Part shown: positions 19,623 through 28,031 of the stretch, in pieces
Position numbering within the stretch: the stretch's first letter is position 1
Layout of the letters: every line of letters starts with the position of its first letter
Origin: Gammaproteobacteria bacterium
Lineage (GTDB): Bacteria; Pseudomonadota; Gammaproteobacteria; Burkholderiales; Burkholderiaceae_E
Direction of reading: 5' to 3'
Assembly (NCBI GenBank): GCA_046569945.1
Contig: JBKHVS010000002.1
Location: 1-54,577, forward strand
Length of the DNA stretch: 54,577 bases
Made by a program: the position numbers and the translations under genes
The notes under the pieces: model-generated
What the model saw: the letters and a program-made list of their open reading frames with translations, nothing else
What the model was told of the DNA's origin: nothing
The model's database searches: none

Positions 19623-20540
19623 ATGAGCGAGGCGTCGATGGACCGCATCGCCGAAGCGCTGCTGTGGCTGCGCGAAGTCCTGCAGTGGCCGATCATCAGC
19701 ATCGGCGACACCCGGATCACGCTCTGGTCGATCCTCTATCTCGTGGTGCTCGTGGTGGCGCTGCTCTGGCTGGCGACCCGGCTGCAGCGCTGGCTCACCG
19801 ACGGGCCGATGCTGCGCCGGCGCCTGGACGTCAACGCGCGCCACACCGCCGGAACGCTGGTGCGCTACGCGGTCCTGACGATCGGGCTGCTGTTCATCGT
19901 GCAGACGGCGGGCATCGATCTCACCACCTTCAACGTGCTGGCCGGGGCAATCGGAATCGGCATCGGCTTCGGACTGCAGAACGTGGTGAGCAACTTCATC
20001 GCCGGCATCATCATCATGTTCGAGCGGCCGGTGAAGATCGGCGACCGGATCGTCGTCGGCGAGGTGGAAGGCAACGTGGTCGAGATCGGCGCGCGCAGCA
20101 CGACGGTGGTCGACAACGACAACATCGCGGTGATCGTCCCGAACTCGAAGTTCATCACCGACAACGTGATCAACTGGATGCACAACGACAACCGGGTGCG
20201 CTTCCACGTCGAGGTGGCCACCGCCTACGGAAGCGACGCGCGGCGGGTGGAGCACGTGCTGCTCGAGGTCGCGAAAGCGGATCCGGACGTCCTCGAGCAG
20301 CCGCCGCCCGCGGTGCGGCTGATGCGCTTCGGCGACGACGGCCTGGTGTTCGAGCTGCGCCTGTGGTCCTCGAGCCTGGTCGACCGCAAGGGCAAGCTCG
20401 CCAGCCAGCTGAATTTCGCGATCTACGAGCGCTTCAACGAGGAGGGAATCGAATTTCCCTTCCCGCAGCGCGACCTGCACCTGAGGAGCGGCGTGCTCGA
20501 GGTACGCCGGGCGCGCGCCGGCGGCGACGCCCGCGCCTGA
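19623..20540 (+). CDS. Small-conductance mechanosensitive channel (MscS family)
   Basis: GIGIGFGLQNVVSNFIAG, ERPVKIGDRI, IVPNS and GIEFPFPQRDLHL. Confidence 0.93.
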   Translation: MSEASMDRIAEALLWLREVLQWPIISIGDTRITLWSILYLVVLVVALLWLATRLQRWLTDGPMLRRRLDVNARHTAGTLVRYAVLTIGLLFIVQTAGIDLTTFNVLAGAIGIGIGFGLQNVVSNFIAGIIIMFERPVKIGDRIVVGEVEGNVVEIGARSTTVVDNDNIAVIVPNSKFITDNVINWMHNDNRVRFHVEVATAYGSDARRVEHVLLEVAKADPDVLEQPPPAVRLMRFGDDGLVFELRLWSSSLVDRKGKLASQLNFAIYERFNEEGIEFPFPQRDLHLRSGVLEVRRARAGGDARA

Positions 20541-20609
20541 CGCCCGGCGCGCCACCCGCCCCGCCCGCGGGACCGATGCCGCGCCGGCTGCACTCCGGCC
20601 GGGCGCCGG

Positions 20610-21416
20610 TCAGCGAAGCGGCGCCAGGTGCAGGCAGGCGATGCCCAGCTCGTCGCCCTCCAGCCGCGGGTAGCGCTGCAGCACCAGCGGATCGTGGCCG
20701 GGCACCACGTGCTCCGGCGAATCGGCCGCGGCCAGCAGCCGCCGGTGCCCGTCGAGCATGTCCGCCACGTTGTAGACGATCGGGAAGGGGCGGCCCTGCT
20801 CGAGGTTCTCGTAGTAGTGGCTGGCGTCGGAGGCCAGCACCACGCGCCCCCGCTGCGTGGCGACCCGCACCGACTGCAGGCCGCGGGTGTGGCCGCCGAT
20901 CAGCAGCAGGTCCACTCCAGGGGCGATCGTCGAGTCGCCGGCGTGGAACACCACGCGGTCCGCATACACCTTGCGCACCAGCCCGACCACGTCGTCCACC
21001 GAGTAGGCATGGCGGATCTGCGCGTGGCACATGCAGCGGCCGGTGGCGAAATCCAGTTCGGCATCCTGCACGTGGAAGCGCGCGCTGGGCAGCTTGTCGA
21101 GGTTTCCGGCGTGGTCGTAGTGCAGGTGGGTGAGGACAACGTCGGTGATGTCCTCCGGTGCCAGTCCGAAGACGCGCAGCGCCTCGATCGGACAGCGGGT
21201 GAGCACCCGGCCGCGGCTCGCGGCGCTCTGCGCGTTGAAACCCGTGTCGACCAGGATGTTGCGCCCGCCGCCGCGCAGCAGCCAGACGAAGAAGTCCAGC
21301 GGCATCGGCCCGTCGTGCGGATCGTGGCCGATGAAGTTGTCGCTGCGCATGCGGTGCACGCTGGCGTAGCGGATCGCGTAGACCTCGTACTGGGCGGCTG
21401 CATTCGTTTCGTTCAT
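20610..21416 (-). CDS. N-acyl homoserine lactonase-family metallo-beta-lactamase-fold hydrolase
   Basis: LVDTG, THLHYDHAG, GGHTRG, LASDASHYY and VPGHD. Confidence 0.9.
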   Translation of the reverse strand: MNETNAAAQYEVYAIRYASVHRMRSDNFIGHDPHDGPMPLDFFVWLLRGGGRNILVDTGFNAQSAASRGRVLTRCPIEALRVFGLAPEDITDVVLTHLHYDHAGNLDKLPSARFHVQDAELDFATGRCMCHAQIRHAYSVDDVVGLVRKVYADRVVFHAGDSTIAPGVDLLLIGGHTRGLQSVRVATQRGRVVLASDASHYYENLEQGRPFPIVYNVADMLDGHRRLLAAADSPEHVVPGHDPLVLQRYPRLEGDELGIACLHLAPLR

Positions 21417-21482
21417 GCCTTCTCCTCGCCTGCTTGGGGTTGGTTCGCGCGCCCGGTGGACGCAACTGGCGCCGTGCGCCCC

Positions 21483-22604
21483 TCAGTCGTCGCCCAGGCC
21501 CAGCCGGTTCGGCTGGCGCCGTTCGATGGCCCACTTCAGCAGGGCCGCGCCGCGGTAGACCCCGTGGGCGAACTTGCCATAGGGCAGCGTGAGGAACAAG
21601 GCCATCACCACGCCCAGGTGGATCGCCAGCAGCAGCGGCAGCGCCGCGGTCTGCCGGGCCAGCATCAGCAGCAGCCCGGTGAGCGCCGTGAGGAACAGCA
21701 GCGCGATGAAGCCGCGGTCCATGCCGCGCTGCGCGGGCTCGCCCTGCATCGGATCGCGGCGCAGGTTCAGCCGCCACAGCCCGGCCGTGCCCGCCAGCAG
21801 CGACAGCCCGCCCGCCGTGCCCAGCAGCTTGGGCAGGCTGGCGAACCCGTAGGGCGCCACCCAGCCGAAGCCGTAGTGGTAGAGCGTGCCCACGCTGGTC
21901 GCCGCGAAGCACAGCATGAAGCCGTAGAAGGTGAAGTGATGCCAGCGGCGCCGCGCCAGAGTGAAGGCATCGTCCTCCTCGTTGCAGCCGTCGCCGTGGC
22001 CGCCGTCGAGGTACTTCAGCCGCAGCGCGTCGCCGGCGGCCTCCCGTACCGCGTCGGCGCCGGGCGGCCCTGGCGGCGCCTCCGTCCAGAAGCGGCGCAC
22101 GCCGATGCCCAGCGCCAGCAGCGCGAAGAGGAAGACCGGAGCGAACATCCCCACCATCAGGCCATGGGGGAAGACCGCATAGAAATCGCCCGCGGGCCGC
22201 GCGCTCCACAGCGCGCCCTCCCGAAGCAGCGCCAGCACCAGGAAGAGCGCGAGCGCCGCGGCCAGCGCCACCGACAGCGCGAGCCCGTTGCGCTCATAGA
22301 GCCTGCCCAGCGGCGCCGGCCAGGCGTGGTCGGTGTAGGTGCGCATCCTCACCCTGGCCATCGTCCGCGGGACGTTCACCGCGAACTCGTGCGGCGGCGC
22401 GTACTGGCAGGCATGCAGGCAGGCGCCGCAGTTGTGGCAGAGGTTGGCGAGGTAGTGGACGTCGGCCCTGCCGAACTCGAGCCGCCGGGTCATCGCCGGG
22501 AAGACCGCGCAGAAGCCCTCGCAGTAGCGGCAGGCGTTGCAGACCTGGAGGATCCGGGCCGCCTCCGCCTCGTCCGGGCCTGGAGCGTGGTGATCAGGCG
22601 GCAT
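21483..22604 (-). CDS. tcuB: Tricarballylate utilization 4Fe-4S membrane protein TcuB
   Basis: [11 protein letters not shown] and [19 protein letters not shown] ferredoxin motifs, [10 protein letters not shown] and LPYGKFAH. Overlaps the tcuA stop. Confidence 0.93.
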   Translation of the reverse strand: MPPDHHAPGPDEAEAARILQVCNACRYCEGFCAVFPAMTRRLEFGRADVHYLANLCHNCGACLHACQYAPPHEFAVNVPRTMARVRMRTYTDHAWPAPLGRLYERNGLALSVALAAALALFLVLALLREGALWSARPAGDFYAVFPHGLMVGMFAPVFLFALLALGIGVRRFWTEAPPGPPGADAVREAAGDALRLKYLDGGHGDGCNEEDDAFTLARRRWHHFTFYGFMLCFAATSVGTLYHYGFGWVAPYGFASLPKLLGTAGGLSLLAGTAGLWRLNLRRDPMQGEPAQRGMDRGFIALLFLTALTGLLLMLARQTAALPLLLAIHLGVVMALFLTLPYGKFAHGVYRGAALLKWAIERRQPNRLGLGDD

Positions 22605-24060
22605 CGGAGGCCTCGGTGTGCGGCGGCACCGGACGCCCGGGCTGCGTCACGGGCACCCCTCGCGCGGCGGACCCGCGCTGCGCGCGCGCGGCGGCGGCTG
22701 CGCGCTCCCCGGCGATCCGACCGAACGCGGTGCCGATCGTCATTCCCACGCCCGCGGTGTAGCCCTGGCCGAGCACGTTGCCGGCCATCATCTCGCCCGC
22801 GACGAAGAGGTTGTCGCTGGGCTCGCCGCCGAAGTGCACCGCCGCATGCTCGTCCGCCTTCAGGCCGAGGTAGGTGAAGGTGACTCCCGGACGCAGCGCG
22901 TAGCCGTGGAAGGGCGGCGTGTCGATCGGCAGCGCCCAATGGCTCTTGGGCGGCGCCAGCCCCTCGGTGCGGCAGTCGTCGAGCCGGGTGTGGTCGAAGC
23001 TGCCCGGGCGGCAGGCCGCGTTGTACTCGTCGATCGCCCGCACGAAGGCCGGTTCGTCCAGACCCAGCGCCCGAGCGAGCTCACCGAGTGAGCCCGCCCG
23101 CACGCCGGGGAACACCGGCGGCATGAAGCGCCCGAGCGCCTTGGCGTCGATGATCGACCAGGCGATCTGCCCGGGCTGCTGCGCCACCAGCCGGCCCCAG
23201 ATCGCATAGCGCTTGGGCCAGAAGTCCTCGCCCTCATCGTGGAAGCGCCGGGCCTCCCGGTTTACCACCACGCCCAGAGAGACGCAGTCGATCCTCGTGC
23301 AGATGCCGCCGTCGTAGAGCGGCGCGCGCGCGTCGATCGCCACCATGTGCGCCTGCGTCGGGTCGCCCACCGCGTCGGCGCCAGCGTCGAGCATGAAGCG
23401 CAGCACCGTGCCCCGGTTGTATCGGGTGCCGCGGATCAGGAAGTTCTCCGCCGGCCACTCGCCGCGCTCGTTGCGGCCCCAGGCCTCGCGCAGCCAGTCC
23501 AGGTCGGACTCGAAGCCGCCCGCTGCCAGCACGCAGGCGCGCGCCTCGATGCGTTCGCCGCCGACGAAGGCGGCCTCGAAGCGGCCGTCGCGCAGCGCAA
23601 GCCGGTCGACCGGGGAGTCGTAGCGGACCGCCACGCCCATGCGCTGCGCGCTGCGGTGATAGGCATTGACCAGCGCCTTGCCGCCGCCCATGAAGAAGGC
23701 GTTGGTGCGCGCGGTGTGCAGCGCGCCCGAGAGCGAAGGCTGGAAACGCACGCCGTGCCGGCGCATCCAGTCGCGGCAGGTGGACGAGGCCCGGATCGCG
23801 ATGCGCGCCAGGCGCTCGTCGGTCAGCCCGCCGGTCACCTTGAGCAGGTCCTGCCAGTACTCCTCCTCCGGGTAGGCGTCGACCAGCACGTCCTGCGGCG
23901 CGTCGTGCATGCAGCGGATGTTGCGGGTGTGCGCCGAGTTGCCTCCGCGCCACTCGCGCGGCGCGGCCTCCAGCAGCAGGACGCTGGCCCCCGCCTCTCG
24001 CGCGCTCAGCGCCGCGCACAGCGCGGCGTTGCCTCCTCCGACCACCAGAACGTCCAGCAC
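22594..24060 (-). CDS. tcuA: FAD-dependent tricarballylate dehydrogenase TcuA
   Basis: [59 protein letters not shown] and GEMMAGN. Confidence 0.94.
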   Translation of the reverse strand: MLDVLVVGGGNAALCAALSAREAGASVLLLEAAPREWRGGNSAHTRNIRCMHDAPQDVLVDAYPEEEYWQDLLKVTGGLTDERLARIAIRASSTCRDWMRRHGVRFQPSLSGALHTARTNAFFMGGGKALVNAYHRSAQRMGVAVRYDSPVDRLALRDGRFEAAFVGGERIEARACVLAAGGFESDLDWLREAWGRNERGEWPAENFLIRGTRYNRGTVLRFMLDAGADAVGDPTQAHMVAIDARAPLYDGGICTRIDCVSLGVVVNREARRFHDEGEDFWPKRYAIWGRLVAQQPGQIAWSIIDAKALGRFMPPVFPGVRAGSLGELARALGLDEPAFVRAIDEYNAACRPGSFDHTRLDDCRTEGLAPPKSHWALPIDTPPFHGYALRPGVTFTYLGLKADEHAAVHFGGEPSDNLFVAGEMMAGNVLGQGYTAGVGMTIGTAFGRIAGERAAAAARAQRGSAARGVPVTQPGRPVPPHTEASDAA

Positions 24061-24089
24061 GTCTCGCAGCTCCTTGCCAGCGGTCGACT

Positions 24090-24413
24090 CTAGGCCGACG
24101 CGGGCCGCCGCGCCAGCCCGCGGGCAGCCTGCAGGTGATCGACGGTGGAGGCGAAGTCCTCGTCGAGCACCCGCCGGACCTCGAGCGCGAACAGCCTCGC
24201 CGCCTCCCGCCCGACCGGCGCACTGCGCTCGAGTTCGATCTCGATGCGCGTCTCGTCGGCCTCGAAGCGCAGGATCCGCAGCGCCTTCGAACCGAGCCCG
24301 CGGTACTTGCGTTCGACGTAGTCGCGCGTTCCCAGCACCGTCCAGAGCTGCGCGATCCCGGCGGGATACGACTGCGTCACCTGGAAGCGGGCGCCGGCCT
24401 GCGGATCGGCCAT
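24090..24413 (-). CDS. Short DUF2505-like (SRPBCC/START-type) protein, 107 aa, possibly internally deleted
   Basis: QSYPAGIAQLWTVLGTRDYVERKYRGLGS resembles DUF2505 N-termini (from memory). Starts 4 bp after the vWA gene stop. Confidence 0.55.
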   Translation of the reverse strand: MADPQAGARFQVTQSYPAGIAQLWTVLGTRDYVERKYRGLGSKALRILRFEADETRIEIELERSAPVGREAARLFALEVRRVLDEDFASTVDHLQAARGLARRPASA

Positions 24414-24417
24414 CGCC

Positions 24418-25962
24418 TCAGGCGTTCGCCTGCCCGGGGCGCAAAAGATCGTCCAGCACGCGCTCCAGGTCGCGCAGCGACCGGCAGGTCCGGGCAAGGT
24501 CGCAGTGCACCGCGTAGCGCAGCATCTCGGAGTCGCCATAGCCCCAGACGCCGCGCGACTCGGGGTTCAGCCAGATCAGCCGGCGCGCCCGGCGATGCAC
24601 CGCCTCCAGCAGGTCGACCCGGGCTTCGCCATTGTTGTTGCGCGCGTCGCCCAGCACCAGCACGGTGGTCTTGCGGTCGATGTCGGCGAGCAGGCGCTCC
24701 TCGACGTCCTCGAGCATCCGGCCGTAGTCGCTGCCGCTGCCGCCGACGCTGCGGATCACCTCGTCGACGGCCCGCTCCACCGGCATCGTCTCGAAGAGCT
24801 CGCTGACCTCGACGAGATCGGAGATGAAGGCGAAGCTGCGCAGGTCCGAGAGCAGCTCCTGCAGGCTGTAGACGAAGAGCAGCAGGAAGCGCGCATAGGC
24901 GCTGACCGAGCCGCTGACGTCGCAGATCACGATCACCCGGGGCCGGTCGACCACTTCGGTGCGCCAGACCGGCTGGAACAGAACCCCGCCGTAGGCCGCG
25001 TTGTGGCGGATGGTGCGGCGCACGTCGAGGGTGCCGCGGCGCTTGCGCCGGTTGCGGCGCGCATGACGGGCCGCGAGCTTGCGCGCGATCTTCCGGACGA
25101 TCTCGCGCACCCGCGGCAGGTCGCGCCGCTCGATCGCGGACAGCGGCTTGGTGCGCAGGAACTCCTCGTGCATGGCGCGGGTCGGCGCGCCGGAGTAGAG
25201 CGCGAGCTGCCGGTCGACGAAGGCGCGCACCTCGTCGAACAGGCGCTCGCGGGCGCGCCGCAGCGTGGCGGCGCGCGGCGAATGGCCCTCGGCGGCCTCC
25301 TCGGCGGCGATCGCGCGGTTCAGGTCGCCCGAGCCCATCTCCTGCTGGATGCGCTGCGTGTACCAGCCGCGCTGGGTGCGCACCCAGATGTCGGTGATGC
25401 CCACCGCGCGCGCGGCCACCGCCAGCCGCCGCGTCAGCTCGGCCTGGTCGCCGGCCAGCAGCAGTTCGGCGAGTTCGCCGGCGTCGACCTCCGGGCGCGC
25501 ACTGCTGCCGCCTCCCCCGCCGCCGCCGCTGCGACCGTCGCCGCCGCCGCTGCCGTCGTTGCCGCCCTCGCCTTCGCCGACGCCCAGGTCGCTGCCCTCC
25601 GGCTCGCCGTCGCCGGCATCGCGCTCGCCGGTCTCCTGGTCGCCGCGCTCCTGCCCGCCTTCGCCGCCCTCGCCGCTGGCGTCGTCGCCCGCCGAAGCTT
25701 CGCCTTCCCTGCCCCCGGTCCCGCCGTCCGGCGGCATGCCTGCGAAGGCATCGAACTTGAAGAAGCGCTCGAAGGTCTCGTCGAAGAGCTCGCGCTCGTC
25801 GGCGGACTTGGCCAGCGTGGTGCCGAGCGCGGACTTGAGCAGCTCGCGGTCGGACCAGCCGACCAGCGCCACCGCCCTGGACGCGTCGAGCTCCGCGTCG
25901 AGCGTGGGCTCGAGCGTCGCGCCGCGCAGCGCCTTGAAGAAATCCTCGAGCGTTGCCTGCAT
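24418..25962 (-). CDS. CoxE-like von Willebrand factor A domain protein
   Basis: LDVRRTIR, MIDAS DVSGS, GSDYG, VLGDARNN, WLNPE and WGYGDSEM. Confidence 0.9.
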   Translation of the reverse strand: MQATLEDFFKALRGATLEPTLDAELDASRAVALVGWSDRELLKSALGTTLAKSADERELFDETFERFFKFDAFAGMPPDGGTGGREGEASAGDDASGEGGEGGQERGDQETGERDAGDGEPEGSDLGVGEGEGGNDGSGGGDGRSGGGGGGGSSARPEVDAGELAELLLAGDQAELTRRLAVAARAVGITDIWVRTQRGWYTQRIQQEMGSGDLNRAIAAEEAAEGHSPRAATLRRARERLFDEVRAFVDRQLALYSGAPTRAMHEEFLRTKPLSAIERRDLPRVREIVRKIARKLAARHARRNRRKRRGTLDVRRTIRHNAAYGGVLFQPVWRTEVVDRPRVIVICDVSGSVSAYARFLLLFVYSLQELLSDLRSFAFISDLVEVSELFETMPVERAVDEVIRSVGGSGSDYGRMLEDVEERLLADIDRKTTVLVLGDARNNNGEARVDLLEAVHRRARRLIWLNPESRGVWGYGDSEMLRYAVHCDLARTCRSLRDLERVLDDLLRPGQANA

Positions 25963-25984
25963 CGTCTGCGCGCCGCCAGCGTCC

Positions 25985-26929
25985 TCAGGCCGCCTTGGCC
26001 ACGTCCGCGAGCAGCCTGGGAAGCTGCTCGCTGGCGCTGGCGATGTCCTGCTCGAACTTCAGGATCACGTTCAGCGTGCTGCGCACCAGGTCCGGCGACA
26101 GGTGCTCGGCGTTGAGCAGCAGCAGCGTGCGCGCCCAGTCGAGCGTCTCGCTGACCGAGGGCGCCTTGCGCACGTCCATCGTGCGCACCGCCTGCACGAA
26201 GGCGACCAGTTCGCGCTGCAGGTGCTCGGACAGCCCCGGCACCCGCTTCTGGAGGATGGCCCGCTCGAGCGCGGCATCCGGGAAGGGGATGTGCAGGTGC
26301 AGGCAGCGGCGCTTGAGCGCGTCGCTGAGCTCGCGGGTGGCGTTGCTGGTGAGCACCACCATCGGCCGCACCAGCGCCTTGATCGTCCCGAGCTCGGGCA
26401 CCGAGACCTGGAAATCGGACAGCACCTCGAGCAGGAAGGCTTCGAACTCGGGGTCGGACTTGTCGATCTCGTCGATCAGCAGCACGCAGCCGCCGGGCTG
26501 CTGCAGCGCCTGGTAGAGCGGGCGCGGCTCGAGGAAGTGCTCGGAGAAGAACAGGTCGTCGTGGCCGTGCAGCCGGTCGAGCGCGGCGGCCAGGCCGACC
26601 GCGCCGTCGAGCACGTCGGCCAGCTTGTCCTTGAGCAGCTGCGTGTAGAGCAGCTGCTTGCCGTACTTCCACTCGTACAGTGCCTTGGCCTCGTCCAGGC
26701 CCTCGTAGCACTGCAGGCGGATCAGTGGCACGTCGAGCATCTCCGCCAGGGCCTTGGCGAGCTCGGTCTTGCCGACGCCGGCGGGCCCCTCGACCAGCAC
26801 CGGCTTCTGCAGGTGGAAGGAGAGGTAGGTGGTGGTCGCGATCTGCGGACTGGCGATGTAACCGACCTCGGCGAAGAGGGCGCGCAGTTCGTCGGCGGAT
26901 TCGAAGTGATGCGAGTACAGGTCTTTCAT
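25985..26929 (-). CDS. MoxR-family AAA+ ATPase (CoxD-like)
   Basis: EGPAGVGKTELAK, RLQCYEGLDEAKALYEW, LLIDEIDK and TSNATRELSDALKRRC. Confidence 0.95.
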   Translation of the reverse strand: MKDLYSHHFESADELRALFAEVGYIASPQIATTTYLSFHLQKPVLVEGPAGVGKTELAKALAEMLDVPLIRLQCYEGLDEAKALYEWKYGKQLLYTQLLKDKLADVLDGAVGLAAALDRLHGHDDLFFSEHFLEPRPLYQALQQPGGCVLLIDEIDKSDPEFEAFLLEVLSDFQVSVPELGTIKALVRPMVVLTSNATRELSDALKRRCLHLHIPFPDAALERAILQKRVPGLSEHLQRELVAFVQAVRTMDVRKAPSVSETLDWARTLLLLNAEHLSPDLVRSTLNVILKFEQDIASASEQLPRLLADVAKAA

Positions 26930-26972
26930 GGGTGCGGAGGCTACCTGAAGTTGGTCGGGGCGGCGCGCGGGC

Positions 26973-28031
26973 TCAGGCCTTGCGCTCCAGCCGCTCGACA
27001 GCCTGCTCGGCCAGTTCCAGGAAGCTCACCATGCGCCGCTTCAGGGCCTCGAGGTCCACGCCCTCGGTGCTCTTCTTGCCGGCCATGTAGCGCGCGTAGA
27101 CGCCATGGATGATCGCCGCGGACTTCCAGCGGTTGAAACCGACGTAGTAGTCGAGCCGCGACAGGTCGCGGCCGGTGCGCTTCGCGTAGCGCTCGGCCAG
27201 CTCGGCCCGCTTCGGGAACCCGGGCATCGCGGTGGGGGCATCGTCGCGGAAGGGCACGGGGTCGCCCTGCTCGGACCACTGGTTCAGCGCGTAGGCCAGG
27301 TCGGCCAGGGGATCGCCCAGCGTGGAGATCTCCCAGTCGACCACCGCGGCAACGTTGCCGTCGGCGCCGACCAGGCAGTTGTGGGTGCCGTAATCGCCGT
27401 GGACCACCCGAGCAGGGCCCTGCTCCGGCGTGTTCTCGAGCAGGTATCTCTGCAGCGAGTGCGCCCGCGGGTCGTCGAACCGGGCATCCTCGATCGAGGC
27501 CGTCCAGGAGCGGTACCAGGTCTTGAGCTGGCGCTCGATGTAGCCCTCTTTCTTGCCCAGGTCGCCCAGGCCCGCCGCGTCCGGATCGACCGAGTGCAGG
27601 TCGGCGAGCACGTCGATGAAGGAGTGTCCGAAACGCTCGCGGTTGGCCGGCGGCACCCAGCGCTCGGTGTCGGCCGCCGAGTAGAGCGGATGGCCGTCGA
27701 CGAAGCCCATCACGTAGAAGTGCGCGCCGGTGACCGCGGGGTCCTCGCAGAAGCCCAGCGCCTTGGGCACCGGCACCGGCGTGGGGCCAAGCGCGCTGAT
27801 GATCGCCCACTCCCGGCCCATGTCGTGGGCCTTGGGCAGCAGCTCGCCCATCGGCGGACGCCGGATCACCGCCTTGCGGCCCGCGCCATCCTCCAGCAGG
27901 CAGGTGAGGTTCGAGTGCCCGCCCTCCAGCCGCGTCCAGGTGAACGGGGGCGTGATTCCCTCGACGTTGCGGGCGATCCAGGCCTCTACGGCGGGAATGT
28001 CGTATCCGGGCAGGCTTGCAGTGGCGGTCAT
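26973..28031 (-). CDS. APH-like phosphotransferase (ACAD10/11 N-terminal kinase, LvaA-like)
   Basis: GGHSNLT, RRPPMG..AHDMGRE, FYVMGFVDG, VHGDY and VDWEISTLGDPLADL. Confidence 0.9.
   Translation of the reverse strand: MTATASLPGYDIPAVEAWIARNVEGITPPFTWTRLEGGHSNLTCLLEDGAGRKAVIRRPPMGELLPKAHDMGREWAIISALGPTPVPVPKALGFCEDPAVTGAHFYVMGFVDGHPLYSAADTERWVPPANRERFGHSFIDVLADLHSVDPDAAGLGDLGKKEGYIERQLKTWYRSWTASIEDARFDDPRAHSLQRYLLENTPEQGPARVVHGDYGTHNCLVGADGNVAAVVDWEISTLGDPLADLAYALNQWSEQGDPVPFRDDAPTAMPGFPKRAELAERYAKRTGRDLSRLDYYVGFNRWKSAAIIHGVYARYMAGKKSTEGVDLEALKRRMVSFLELAEQAVERLERKA

Noticed and set aside
20610-21416. Dedicated quorum-quenching system
   Set aside because: The HXHXDH family assignment does not establish AHL specificity, and no luxI/luxR gene is nearby.
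24418-26929. Aerobic CO dehydrogenase (cox) cluster
   Set aside because: Only CoxD/E-like accessory genes are present. There is no coxL/M/S/F/G in the window.
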